From Ylistrum balloti (lineage: Eukaryota): 64,000 bases of DNA. Every line of letters starts with the position of its first letter. Position 1 is the first letter of the stretch. A program made the translations under genes and the position numbers. The notes beneath the pieces were generated by a model. That model had not been told where the DNA came from, did not search any database, and saw only the letters and a list, made by a program, of their open reading frames with translations. Where the stretch lies: positions 434,001 to 498,000 of the forward strand of contig NW_026782263.1 of assembly GCF_031769215.1 (NCBI RefSeq). The letters are read 5' to 3'. Positions 25,393-43,600 of this stretch are shown here, one piece after another.

Positions 25393-28300
25393 ATGCCTGT
25401 CAAAAACTTAATGGATAATGGTGGGAGCGGCCTTAAAGTTATAGATCTTGACGGCTATTATCTACCAACATTTAGCCAACTCAAATCTCACGAAGAGGAA
25501 CTGCGTTCCATGCCGGATTGGATGGCCCGGGATGATGACGTCATGATTTGTACTTATCCCAAATCAGGTATGTCTTTCAAAAGCCTATATTATGAATTGT
25601 TTCCAAACATTGGTGTATCTGTCAAGAAAGACGATGCCACTATGCCCAAGATGAAGATTCCATTTTATAATTCTGAAAAGATCAGTGAAGTAGATTTTTG
25701 AATTTCATTAAGTGTTTTTATTCAGATATCTAACATATATTTGAAATAATTGTTTCTCGTATTTTCTATCAAGGCACCCACTGGCTATGGGAAATCGTAA
25801 GTATGCTGGTTAAGAAGAAAGCGGAAAGGATCAGTACCGTAAAGGAGACCGCCATGATGGAAATTATGAGCAAAAAAACACATGACAACATTCCGTCCCC
25901 ACGTGTTCTCAATAGCCACGTGTACTTTGAGTACCTGCCAAAGGACTTCGCAAAACGCAAGTGCAAGATCGTGTACGCCATGCGAAATCCTAAAGATGTG
26001 GCGGTGTCCTTTTTTAACCATCACAGTAAAATACTTGAATATGAATTCTCGGGAACCTGGGAACACTACGTTGATAGATACTTAAAAGGCGATGGTAAGT
26101 TTTGATTTGAACGTATCAAAAAAAAATTTGTCGTAGCATTTTCTTTTTTTTAATTTTGTATGCATTATAGGAAAAACTCAGTAATGCGGCTTCAACAAAG
26201 AATTGTATTTCGTGAGTGATATTACTTCATAAAAATCTACTTCACAGATAGTGCAGTGGTTTAAATTGAATCATTTTACCAACTAAACACTGAATGAAAA
26301 TGTATAGCCTTTTCCTCAGGTTGGCAACGTATATTGTAGCGTGATTTCTTTTTTGGCTTTTCTGTTTTAAATCTGATTTTTTTTTTATTGAAATGTAATA
26401 TTCACCTGCAAGTATTTTGTACACTCGTCGAGATTTCAGGTGGTAGAAGCAGCTGGCTGACTTTTAGTTCATGGAGTTTGCCGTTACCTGAATGCTATGA
26501 TTTAGTTCATTCTAATAGTGGCACGGTTCAGAACATACGCTTGAACTTGACTTTCATTTGAAAAAAATCAGATACACTGAATATTACAAAAAATATAAAA
26601 AATATTGAATAATTGGATTAGTACCGCTCCCCATCAAGATTTTGATATTTCATAGATGGGCGAATACGTTTTATATTGCAGTTTAATTCATTGGTTTGCT
26701 CTACTTTGTCTAATCTTACTAATCACTTCTTTGTACAATCATTGTATAAAAGTAAGAAAATGATGTCTGCTATCTCAATGTTTGATGTATTCATTGTCCG
26801 AAATGTTCGAGATGCACACGACACTTCGCCTATAGGATAATACTATGTACATTAAAGTGGAAAGGAATGTGAAAACAGAGACCGAATCGGTGAGCTTACA
26901 TGCGCACGTCAGGTGATAACAATGTACTAATCAAACGAAGTCGAATCGACTTTCATGTGAAAGTATATTTTTATCACCTAAAATTTGTTTGGAAGATTAC
27001 AAATTCGGCCTGATTTGATTAAATAGATAATTACACATGTATAGCAAAAACGTTCAATTTTTGAAAGCACACATACCACAATGTCCGGAGGGGATGTATT
27101 TAAATATGTTGCCTATCACGAATTACTTTGTCAGAAGTTATATCATCAATTTCCTAACAATCACTCATATTTGCATTCTATAGAAATTGGTTGACCTACA
27201 TACCGCTTTTGTCGATATACCTTAATGAAGTTCCTGATGACACTGTACAAGAAAGTCAACGTCAATGAATTTATATATAGCGACATAAAATATTTACTTT
27301 TAACATATGTGGTTATTTTTATTGGTGTTATTACAATAACAGATATTATTACACGTATACACTGAGGTCTGTCCTATTACAGTTGATCATTCTTTTTTGT
27401 TATTCAGGAAATTTAAAAAAAAAAAAACTAATTATCAGAAGCAATCTCAGATCTAATTAACATGGATCACCTTTTATATAATTTCGCTTTGCTTTTGTTT
27501 ACTTTTTTTAAAGGATAATACGGCTTTTTGACAGTTCTTGACTTGCTTGGTTACAAATGAAGATTAAAACAGACTAGAAACTCGTGTTTCATTACGTAAT
27601 GGGTCTCGGGGATCTGATAATGTAAATATTTAAGTGTTTTGAAATACAAATAAATGGTAAAAAGGTTTCATGGTCGCCTTGGTGATATTATTGCAAAATT
27701 GAACGTAAAGCATACGTGTTAGTATCAGTATGAAAAGATTGCGTTCTCTCGTCCGTGGCTCTCACTTAGAGAACGTTAGATTTCATTAATTTGGTTTCAG
27801 ACATCGATGAAACAGTAATAAGTCTTGGTTATGTGAATAAATGGTATATATACCATTTACTATAATTTACTTATTACGCTTTGTGGACCTCTTCGATTTG
27901 ACAGTACAAAGGGTTAAAATATTGGTCTGTTACTGAATATCACATTTTGTACAAGCCCACTTTCTTTGGACAAAAGAAATGAGATTATTGAATATATTTG
28001 TTTGTTGATACTTTTTCAGTTGATTACGGGACTTGGTTCGATTACACCCTAAAATGGGAAAAATTCATGGCAGATAACCCAGATTATCCAATAATTGCAA
28101 CAACTTTTGAGGACATGAAAGAGGTAATGAAAACTTTTCTACTTTGAAGGTCTCCCAAAACTCCTCGGCCAATGCTGTTCATTAATTCATTTTGTTTTTG
28201 GGGACCAATTTGACGACATTACCAAATCTCCTCTCTACATACTTGAATTAATACTATGTTCATGCAATCTCATATGTCATATTAATGTTAAAATGCTAAA

Positions 28301-29334
28301 GGTTTATGGACTGACGATTTGGTCGATTATTTGGGGATTCCACTTTCAAAAATCCTTAAAAGAAAATAAAATGGTCAGACTGTTTGCATTCACCCTGAGA
28401 AATCTTTTAAAAAGCACATATACAAATCTTATTTCCCCTGCCTGTATTTTACGAAACAGTCACACTGTACACAAAAACGGAAAATAGTCTCTACGACTTT
28501 TGTTATACTTCTCACAGTTTCAAACTTCATTTTTATCCGAGAATCATCTCAAATCTTTACTAAGTATTCGATCGTGTTTGGCAAATCCCGGGGTAATTAC
28601 CCGATTCATATGCATGTATATTGCATTCTTTAAGGACGCTCTACGAGAGGTGACACGCATCGCCAAGTTCCTCGAAGTAGATTGTGACCAAGCTTTTCTT
28701 CAGGAAGTCACCGACCTCTGCCACTTTGACCGCATGAAGAAGGAGAAAGTCAATATGGAGGAGATTGACTCGTGGAAAGATGGTCAACCTGGGATGTATC
28801 GCAAGGGTAAAAGATATATGTACTCAAACCAAACAAATTCCTGAACAAATATGTTGGAAAGAGAAGATCATGAAATGTTTTGTTTTTTTAATAGTGATAA
28901 TGTAAGCAATACATGTTGCAGCGTTGATATTGTCAATCATAAAAATAGTTAGTTGTATTTATAGTTATATTTATCATGGGCTTCTATTGCTTTTAACGAT
29001 AAATTTTGGGTACCACATAACTTGTCAAAATTTTCGAGATCTTCTTTTAAAACGGTCGAATTACATTCTACAGAATTAATTGGTTGTAAAAGGACGTCTT
29101 ATACCATTGTGTCTCTTTTATCACGAACCAATTTTTAACGTACTGCAAAATAGCGAAAACACAATTCCTGCGGAAATAAAAGAGTTCTCTGAAGTAAACT
29201 TTATAACATCCTATTTTTTAGGTGATGTTGGCGATTGGAAGAACTGGTTTACGGTAGCACAGAATGAATTTTTCGATCGTGTTTACCAAGAGAAAATGAA
29301 GGACTCAAAAGTTCAACCAAGATATACGTTATGA
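25393..29334 (+). CDS. Cytosolic sulfotransferase, copy B, 294 aa; exons 25393-25567, 25774-26094, 28020-28123, 28635-28806, 29222-29334
   Basis: Same exon sizes and phases as copy A. Motifs TYPKSGTHW, PRVLNSH, RNPKDVAVSFF and [18 protein letters not shown]. Confidence 0.96.
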
Positions 29335-30534
29335 AAGCCTACTGTGGTTTCTATTCATGAAAATAACGTACAATTGTAACTCCTATGTGAATTCATATAA
29401 TTCACTGATTGGTTGATATTGATCATTTGAATTAATATTTGTGTCATGTTGTGTCCTTCAAGATACGCAGATAAATGTAACGGCGTGTAGTCCGCGCATT
29501 TCGTTTTTTTTCGCTACACTTAAGGATGTACACCACACCATCGATTCTCCAGGGGTTACACTCACTATCACTTTCTGCAAAATTGAAAGCACAAGAAAAG
29601 AAACTTTTTATTATACATATATATACTTTTTTGGCTTCTCTCTCTTGATATTTTTTTCGCATAAAACATGATGAATATATAAATGATCTACGTAAAATCT
29701 TTTCCTATCACACATTTTTTAATGTTTGTTATTATAGAATAGGTCACCCCGACGATTGTATCTTGCGGCACATGACCCCAATAATATATAGTTATACACA
29801 GATGATATCGTAATTATGCTGATGGAGCTTGTAAGCTGTCAAATTCTTGCTTCTAATTATTTCTTTATTCAAAGGTTATGTCTACATTATTGATTATGGC
29901 AATAGCTTGCTAATACTGGTAAAAATGTTAAGGATGACATGAACACAGCTCACATTATCATCAAATGAACAAGCATTCCCCATCATATGAGATTCTCGTC
30001 CTCCTTAACTTTAATAATTTTATTCAGCATCTAAGTCGCATGCGCAAGCCTTCACAGGTTCGGGTGTAGCCTTACATATAGAGAAATGCACAATGACCTT
30101 TGTGGGTTTGTTAAACTGAAGCTAGGTTGTAGTTAGTCCTTTATAATGTACAAGGGTTAGGCTTATATTTTACACGGGTTTATTGTTTATATTGATAATC
30201 TTTGGTTAACTCATTAAATGATTAATATAACAATTGTTAAGTAGATTTGCTTCATGTACTTTTTCATTAAAAATATCCATCATGTTTTGTACATCGACTT
30301 TGTTGAAAATATCAAAAACAGAACCACCATGTAGTAAATCATACAATTGTGTACGTGTCTTAATTAGTATCATTGACATAGCGATGTTTATTTTGTAGAA
30401 TTTATAAGCTATATATGCTTGTATTGAATTACAATATCAATGTTACAAGAACAATCGTTTAACTCCTTCGTTTTTGTGGTATGTGAACTTATACATATAC
30501 AAGCACACTAGCATGCAAAAAATGTTTGTTGCTA

Positions 30535-30810
30535 TCTATTAGTGTTGTGTCTTTTAATTCTGGTGGGTATATGATATTGACGTGATCAACAAATTTCTTG
30601 TTATCTAAAGACAAAACGTCATCAATATATTGGAAAATAAAATGAAACAAATTTGCGAAGTCTTTGTAATCTGTTTTAATAAGCTCTACGATGGATACAG
30701 CTCCGTATGAAAAGTTAGCCAACAAACGGGCAAAGTTAGTTCCCTTAGATATGCAAATAGCCTGTTGTAGGATCTTACCACAAAACTCGACGAAGGTGTT
30801 TTCAACCAAA
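30535..30810 (-). mobile_element. Penelope-like RT core fragment (same insertion as 38998-39665, duplicated)
   Basis: ISKGTNFARLLANFSY...FQYIDDVLSLDNKKF..IIYPPELKDTT. Confidence 0.85.
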
Positions 30811-33800
30811 TTGTGTTAGTCCGAATTATTCTGGTGATCTTTCGATTTTGATATCGGTCAGGTATGGTGGTTTATATCTGTCATTTTGTCTTTGTCTGAT
30901 GTCTGGTCCTGCTATCCGTAAGTGATAACCTGTTTAATTATTAAGGACCTAGAAACCTATTTTAACAGATTCCTCATCAATGTAGCGAAATCAATGTGGG
31001 GATACTTTTGATGAAGGACAATTATCCAAGATATAAATTATGTTTGCATATCCCTCCGCGAAAAGGTAGTATAAAAGGCAGTAAAATATCGAAAGAAACA
31101 TTGATTTGAACGCAAATATCAGATACGCGTGAAAACAAGGGAAATGGGTTGCCTCCCTTCCCATGAGTGTCAGCAACGGTATGTTGATCGGTATCAGAGT
31201 TACTTCAATTATTTAAGTGTGTTCCGTTTGGTTACGACTTTGTTCATTGGTACAATAAAAACTGTTGTTTCAATTATAGAATATCTCATATATGGAATGT
31301 CTCATATAACTTTTTTAAAGAACTTCACTTACATGAAAGCAGTAATGCATCCAGCATTAATACCAACCAGTCGACACTATTATCAACCTCAAATTTTTAT
31401 CAACGATGGATTCCTCCTGCATTTGATCTAAATTTATTTCATTTACAAATTAAATTTCAATAGGTACAATATACAATATCTATGCATTTAAGCATTATGC
31501 TGTAATTTTGCGTTGTGTCAGTCCAATCAGTCTGTTTTGTTTATTATATATCAACGCTCTTTTAGGTTTTGCCTTCTTATATTAAGATGTATGATGATTT
31601 ATGAGCACAAATATTTCCCATAAATATGTTCTGTTATAGTGAACTAGTACGCCGTATATGCCTGATCACGGATGATCCCCTCCACTAATTCATATTTTTG
31701 TGAGCATGCATAAATATTTGATATTAAAAACGAAACTGAAAGCTTGTATCAGAGATAGCATTAATAGTAGAAAGTAACATATATATCGTGTTACGTACTT
31801 AAAGCGAAAAAGATATCATTTTTATCTACTAACAGTAATAATGACTTGCAATCGTAATGCTCGGGATAGGATTTTACATCAGTGCAAAAACTAGTTCGAA
31901 ATCCCTTTGTAACAATAAAATGAATTTAAATGGGTCGCTGTAGACATGGCTTTAGTGTTTAATATCTTATCGTACAGTATACAAATTATAGAACGACATT
32001 CTAACATTTACATACCTAACTGCTCTTTATATTTGACATTTAAAACGAAAGCTTTATGAATAGATCTCTATTGAGCTACTAGCAATTATTTACTGTAATG
32101 TAATATATATTCGTTTGGCACAATTTTCGCGCGTGTCTTAAAATCACTCTTTCGTGGATATTTGATTTCGTGGGGAAAATATAGCTCAATAAATAATCTT
32201 AAACTAATTATATCACGTCGTGGGCATATGAACTCATGGGTAAAGATTATCCATGAAATCAAGGAATATAGATTCTTGTATTTTCAGTGGTCTCCATACA
32301 AATCTTTCTGAATCTTTAATAGTTTTATCGATTTTGAATAAAGATTTTATCTATATTTTCTCCGTTGATTTTGAAATACGAGTTTAAGAAAGCCACTTTA
32401 TCAACTATTGTGAAGGTTAGACAGAACCGAATGGCATTTTAAACCATCTACAGAACGTACAATATTACTTATCAATTGATCTGCTGATAAAGTTGTACAT
32501 CTTATAGAGAAATTAGTACAAAATTTTTAAAGATGGTTGTTAAAAGATCGATCAAGATTTTCCGGCAAGAATGCCTGTCTTTAATAAGGGATTGTTCCAT
32601 TTGTAAAGGTTCCTTTAAGCAATTCATTGTAAAAGACAAGTTATCGAATAGATATATAACAAAAGAAACAATCACAAATAGACCATTTCATATACATGTG
32701 CTGTATACTGCAGAGACAGGCATTTTTGAGGGGCATAAATTTCGTGTTTTTTTTTTTTTAATTCTGAAAAAATGTACAATGTATGAACACTACACTACCA
32801 ACATGGAACATATGATGGACATATATTTTATATATAACGTGCTAGATCATTGTGCAACCTAAACAATAGCGACCAGTCCTTTAAACTGTCGTTTCTAGTT
32901 TCCTACAAGGACTACTGTGAGTTGCTGACAGTACAATGAGTGGTACATAGGATCATTATCACTACTCACCTATTGCATAAAAGCTGAAGATTTCATCTCT
33001 ATAATACTTTCCGTAAATTGAATTAAATTTGCTTATTTGTATAGTTCATTATATTATCCAAATCTTCCCAGTCTAGATTTTACTGTTGTTGGTATAACTG
33101 CCAGCTTTATTTAAATGTTGATGGTACGGAACTCAGTAAACATTAGCACAGGTAACAGGATATTCGAGTATCAAATAAATGTATTCACATATTTTAGTTA
33201 ATGCATAAATATATCTGTTACGCACAGACCGACTGTTACGATAACAGTAATTTTGGCATAACTTAACCCGCCGTGAGTCCCTACATGTGGCCTCGATTTA
33301 CTTTGGGTTCAGATACAGGAACAGGACATTCAACACAGCAACAGTTTGGTAAGTTAAAAGTCTTAAAAGTAGGTTCCATTTACATTGAAAGTGTATTTTA
33401 TTTTGAATGCTAACATTTTAATGACTAAACCTAGCGAGAGAGATTTAAAACTATATATAACTTACATATCATAACCTTGCTAAATGATACATAATACCGT
33501 CTATCTGAACTAAGACGTTCGTGTATAGACTGGCATTAGTTTCCCATAGTGCTGTAAAGAATTACTACGTCCGCTCTTAACTTAGGAGGTGTAACACACT
33601 GATTTCTTCTCTTTTTCATATTATGTAATCCAGGTTTTGATTCACAAATGTAAATTACATACATTGATTCAATTTGACTACGTATACATATCGCTTATCT
33701 TAAAAAGTCTGATATTGCAATTTAAGACCCAGAATTTTATTTTTATCCTCTTCAATCAATATATCAAAACAATGTAAGTCACCTCTTCACAAAAAATATA

Positions 33801-33930
33801 ATAGGTAAGGTCAATACTGTACCACACTCGGTACATATGATTAACAACAATTCCTGCACAAGTATCAAAACGGGACAAGCTGTTTATAACCTTTTTCTTT
33901 CCACTATTTTACTTTCAGTAAATCATAAAG

Positions 33931-37924
<3,994 letters not shown>

Positions 37925-38997
37925 AAGCACACTGTGGTTTCTAGTCATTAATTGTAACTGCAATGTGCATTGATAGGTTGATATTGATTACTTATAGAAT
38001 GTGTTTCATGTTGCTGTCCTTCACGATAAGCAGATGGATGTGACGGCGTGTCGTCTGCGCATTTCGTTCTTGTTTTTGCTACATTTAAGTATGTACACCT
38101 CTGAGAAGTTCCAGTACTCAACCGCTATTCTATGATGACTTTTGGAAAGGTTTCATTTTAGAAAGTTGATAAAAGCAAAATATAAATGTGTTGCCGCACC
38201 ATTTTTTCTGGTTCAGACACTACATGTGTAACGGGAAATAACTCCTTTTAATAGAGTGTTCTAATCTTCTCCTGAATAACATTTTCAGTTCTATACGAGG
38301 CAACCTTTCTTTCAAAATAATTTTTGTCTTTAATTACAAGATATGAGTATGATACATGGATAATAAGAAAAGATCATGTTAAAATGTATGATTCAAAAAG
38401 AGGGAGTCTCCATGCTTTTATTTTTTCAATTTTTATTTAAATAATAGTCAGTTTTTCCAAGTTAAAGACAACAAGCGGAAATATTTGTTTCTGGTACTAA
38501 AAGTAGTTCTCATACAGCTTTGCTTCAATCATCATAAAATTTAAAAGTACATCTATAGATAATAACGTGTATAAGAACACAAAAGTCCAAGAACTCAATC
38601 TAACATATAGAGAAATGCACAATGACCTTTGCGGGTTTGTTAAACTGAAGCTAGGTAGTAGTAAGTCCTTTATGATGTAAAATGGTAAGGTTTATATTTT
38701 ACTCGGGTTTATTGTTTATATTGTTTAACTCATTAAATGATTAATAAAACAACTGTTACGTTAAGAAGATTTGTTCCATGTTCTATTTCATAGACTAACT
38801 CCATCATGTTTTGTACATCGACTTTGTTGAAAATGCAAGAACAGAACTACCATTATGTAAATCATAAAATTGAGTACGTGTCTTAGTTAGTAACATTGAC
38901 ATAGCGAGATTTATTATAGAATGTATACATGTTTGTATTGTATTTACAGAATCAATGTTTGATTATATTTAGATAATACCGTCAGAAAGTCGCATCA

Positions 38998-39665
38998 GGT
39001 TGAGAACAAGGTATATAACAACGGACCCGACAAACAAACTAACGGGCATCAAACACGTCCAGCTGCATAGTGCACAAAGCAATAAAATATTTATCAATCA
39101 GATCACTATGGCGACCGTAAAACTTCCCATTTATTTTAATCTACCCGCTTCTTTCGAAATCCTGTTCCTGTTCAAAGTTAGTTCGTCAATTGACGAATTT
39201 TTGCACGAAAATCGTGATAATGGGAACAGGCCCTTGAGTACTGAATCAATTGCGACAAGTAACCACTATAGGTTATGAAGGTAGGAGGTAGAAATGAAAA
39301 ATTCAAACCATGGAAATCAAAATTATCACGCTTATCGTACAGCTTGGTGGAAATCTGTCTATGCTGGTTTCGTTGTAGGAAAAGATCGAGATAAGTGGCT
39401 GATGTAGAACAGTCTGTAGTGTCTTTTAATTCTGGTTGGTATATACGATGGACATAATCAATGAATTTCTTGTTATCTAAAGACAAGACGTCATCAATAG
39501 ATCGGAAAGTAAAATGAAACAAATTTGCAAGGTCTGTTGTAATAAGCTCTACGATAAATTCAGCGTGCATGAAAACAAGTCAGCCAACAGACGGGCACAG
39601 TTAGTTCCCATATAAATGCCAATAGCCTATTGTAAGATCTTACCAACGAAGATGTTTTCAACCGA
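38998..39665 (-). mobile_element. Penelope-like RT C-terminal fragment
   Basis: FRSIDDVLSLDNKKF..RIYQPELKDTTDCSTSATYLDLFL..ISTKLYDKRDNFDF..SQLIQYSRACS. Confidence 0.88.
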
Positions 39666-40628
39666 AAAACTAATACCACGTCCGGCTGACCTTCGATACT
39701 ATATTAATTATTCACATTCAAGAACAGCGTTGGTTACTTGTTTTTAGTCCGAATTGTTCTGGTGGTCTAGCGACTTTTGATATCGGTCAGATATGATGCC
39801 TTATATCTGATATTTTGTCTTTGTCTGATGCCAACTTCTGCCATTCGTGAGTGGTAACCTGTTTAATTATTAAGGACCTAGAAACCTATTTCAATAGATT
39901 TCTCATCAATTTAGCCAAATCAATTATGTAAGGATACTTTTGATAAAAGACAATCATCGAAGATATAGATCAGTTTTGCATATCTTCCGCGAAAAGGCAG
40001 TACAAGGTAACAGAAATTCTAAATAACCTGATTACAGAAATATTGATTTGAACGTAGATCTCAAACGCCACAGGCACTAGGTACTGCCTAGTATGTCTGA
40101 TCACGGATGATCCTCTCAACAAATTCATTTTTTGTGAGCATGAATAAAAAATTGATATTAAAAACGAAACTGAAATCTTGTATTACATAAGAGGATAATG
40201 TTTTAGACTATTCACTGGGTATTTAACTAGAGGAACCCAGTCTGCTCGCGCCTCTCCTTCCTTATTGTGTAAGTGCATTATACTATTCATGTGTATGCGT
40301 CATTACGTCATGCATAACTTTTTTATTCTCTTTCCGATGGTCTGTTGTTTTATATCGGGATAGAGAATATCGATGGAAAATACAATTATTTGGTTGCACT
40401 ATCACTAATGGAAATAAGTTCTTTATATGAATGATTTGTTTTCTGAAAATGTTAACGTTAAAACCTATGCATATGCTGATATGTAAGGAATACGTCTAAG
40501 GAAATACATCGGTAAAGTTTCTACCCAGATATCATGTGATTCAAAGAAACCCTAGGATGTTATTACTATACACGTTACTCTTAAACTACATTCGTTTATG
40601 TTGCAATAAAACAGCCAATATCTCCAAG

Positions 40629-43600
40629 ATGTCTCTCAAAACGTCCAAAGATAATGCTAAAATTCCGCTCCCAGGCTTGTTCTACCTTCCTAAGTTGAAC
40701 CTCCTACCAGACAACAACGCGGAAGAACTGCAATCAATACCTGCTTGGAAGGCACGTGATGATGACGCCATGATATGTGCCTATCCAAAATCTGGTAAGT
40801 ATTATATCCACTTTGATCGAAATACAAAATTAGAATACCGAAATATATTCGCAACAAGAAATTTTAATACTTTACCATGTCATTGTCAAATCAGATGTCA
40901 AATGCAGAGACATATTCCTTTAGGGAACACTATTCTTAATCTCTGATGCCGGTGTAAAAACGGTAATGTTTTCTACTTAGATATTTTGTAGTTTAAAACA
41001 GAACAACAGTTATATTAATATTTGATAATAATATTTGAGAGGTGAATTCTACTGATGACAATGGGAATGTGTTTTAAAGGAACTCACTGGATTTAGGAAG
41101 TGACTAGTATGTTAATGATGAGGAAAGCTGAACGGATCCCAGTCATCAAGAGAACAGCTATGATAGAATCCATAGCCCAAGCAACTTATGATAATATCCA
41201 ATCACCACGTGTCCTCCACACCCACAGGTGCTTTGAATTCTTGCCAAGGGACTTTGCGAAACGGAAGTGCAAGATCATTTACATAATGCGCAATCCTAAA
41301 GATGTGGCTGTGTCGTTTTTCAACCATCACAGTAAAATAACTGTATATAACTATTCGGGGAAATGGGAAGACTATATTCCAAGATTTATAAATGGAGGAG
41401 GTAAAGTTTAAATTACTCATTACAAGTTAAATCTTGTTTTCTACATTTAAGACACTATGATCACTAGTTATATATTTTACTTACAATTATATAACGTTCC
41501 ACGAACACAATCAATTATATCACTACTGGAACAATTCCCTTGCCTAGAATTCGTCGCATAAAAAAAAAAAAAAAAAAAAGAAAAAATGCTGCAGAACGTT
41601 TTTATAATTGATGAATGTTGAAATATGTTACTGCTATTTACAACGTTACTCTGTGCAAACATTAGTTTGTCTCATCACTTCCAATCAGGATTGATCGGAT
41701 GTTTTTCATGTCCTTCCATTTATGTAAGAAATTGAATATGAACAAATGAATCATCCGCTTTACATATATGATGATACATAAAACATCAGAGAAATGCCAA
41801 CATGTCAACATGTCATCATAATCATAATCCAAACTCAAACTAGGGCAAAATATGAAAAAAGAGATTACACAGAGACTCCTGAAAAAGGACAGAAAGACCT
41901 TCATCGACGATTCCCGCCATGTAAACCTTGGTCAGTCAAAGTAAGTAATGTGTGTTCGCAAATGAGAACACGGTATACAGCAACGGAACCAATAGGCAAA
42001 CCAGCGAGCATAAAACACGTTCAGCTTCGTATCTCACAAAAAAATAGAATTTCTTAAAGAGATCCCTGTAACGACCATAAAACTCCCACATAATTTCCAT
42101 CAACCTGCATCTTTTGAACACCCGTGTTACGAGTTTGCCGTCAGTTGAAGACTTCTTGCACGAAAATCGTGAATATTGAAACAGACCCTTGAATATCGAC
42201 TCAACTGTGACATCAAAATACCATAAGTTGGGGGTGGAAGGATATTGCTATCTAGAAATGGAAACAATGTTAATAAAGGTATCATTACGGACGCTTCCAT
42301 TTTCAGAGGGTGGTGAGAGCTGGTTCGACTTTGCGCTAAAGTGGGAGCAATTCATGAATGACAACCAGGAATATCCGATTTTAGTGACGACTTTTGAGGA
42401 TATGAAGGAGGTAATGTTGCTGATTGTTCCTTTAGGCTATGGATACCAGATGAAATCTTAATGACTAAAACTTACACGCACAACCATTGACGTCATGTAT
42501 AACTTTCCATTTGTCAGGCTGTAATAAAATAGATTATTTGCTAATGAATTATTGGTAATATCGACGATATTCTCCCTTCGATTCTATCACTTACACCATT
42601 GTGTCCACATACTATCTCCTTAAATTCTAAACCAATTCTCTCAAATGTGGCTGACCTTATCATTGCGACATATAGATTTTGATTCGTTTAGAAAAAGTTA
42701 ATATCTCTTAATGTTTTTATTATTTATAACTGTCTCTGGGATGTTAACATTTATTTTTCGACATTTTTTTACGTGATGCTGGATTGGCAGTTTGACCATT
42801 TCTGTGGTAGCATTTCTGTTTATTTATGCATTTACTTCAAGAATTTAAATTGCATTTGAATAAAAGAGGATGCATGAATCAACATTACCTACTACCATAA
42901 AACTTGTAAAAGTAAGGGAATACAGATTTATTTATAAGCATATGTTGGCTTTTTTCATAACGTGCTGAATTTTTAGGTGTTTTCTGGTCTTCAGGACCCT
43001 AAAAGCAGGAAATAATTACTATTGGTATTCATTATTCTGAATATACGTTCGACCCTTTTAGGATGCTCTGCGTGAAGTGAATCGGACCGCCAAGTTCCTT
43101 GAGATAGATTGTGACCAGGCCTTTCTACAGGAAGTCGTCGATCTCTGCCAGTTTGACCGCATGAAAAAGGACAAGAACAATATGGAAATGATCGGTCTTT
43201 GGAAGGAAAATAAGCCAGCAATGTATCGAAAAGGCGTGTAATAATTGTTCATTACTTTGTCCATCTTTTTTTAACTATTTCCACCTCGATATATATTTCA
43301 TTCGTATATTAGATTACAAGGACGATATGATCTATCTTGATTTCTATCTCTAATATTTAGTAGGAAAATAGCGAGACTAAATCAATCAAGAAAATGTAAT
43401 CCAATAACAAGGATTAGTACAGCTCGTTCTTTTTTTCTTTTTTTTTTTAATTTTTTGAAGTTATGACAAAAAGAATCGATGAATACTTTCGGTATTATTT
43501 AAACTTTTGTGATACATGAAGTGCCTCATCTTCTCATACTAAACCGAAAGTGACAGTGCAGCTATTCTTTCTTAACTATGTTCAAGGCTAGGTAAAAGAG

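Noticed and set aside
25769-26085. Antisense and alternative-frame ORFs over SULT exons (also 20203-20698, 34320-34636, 41202-41420, 42991-43264, 54567-54827)
   Set aside because: Shadow ORFs of real coding exons; their recurrence only reflects paralogy.
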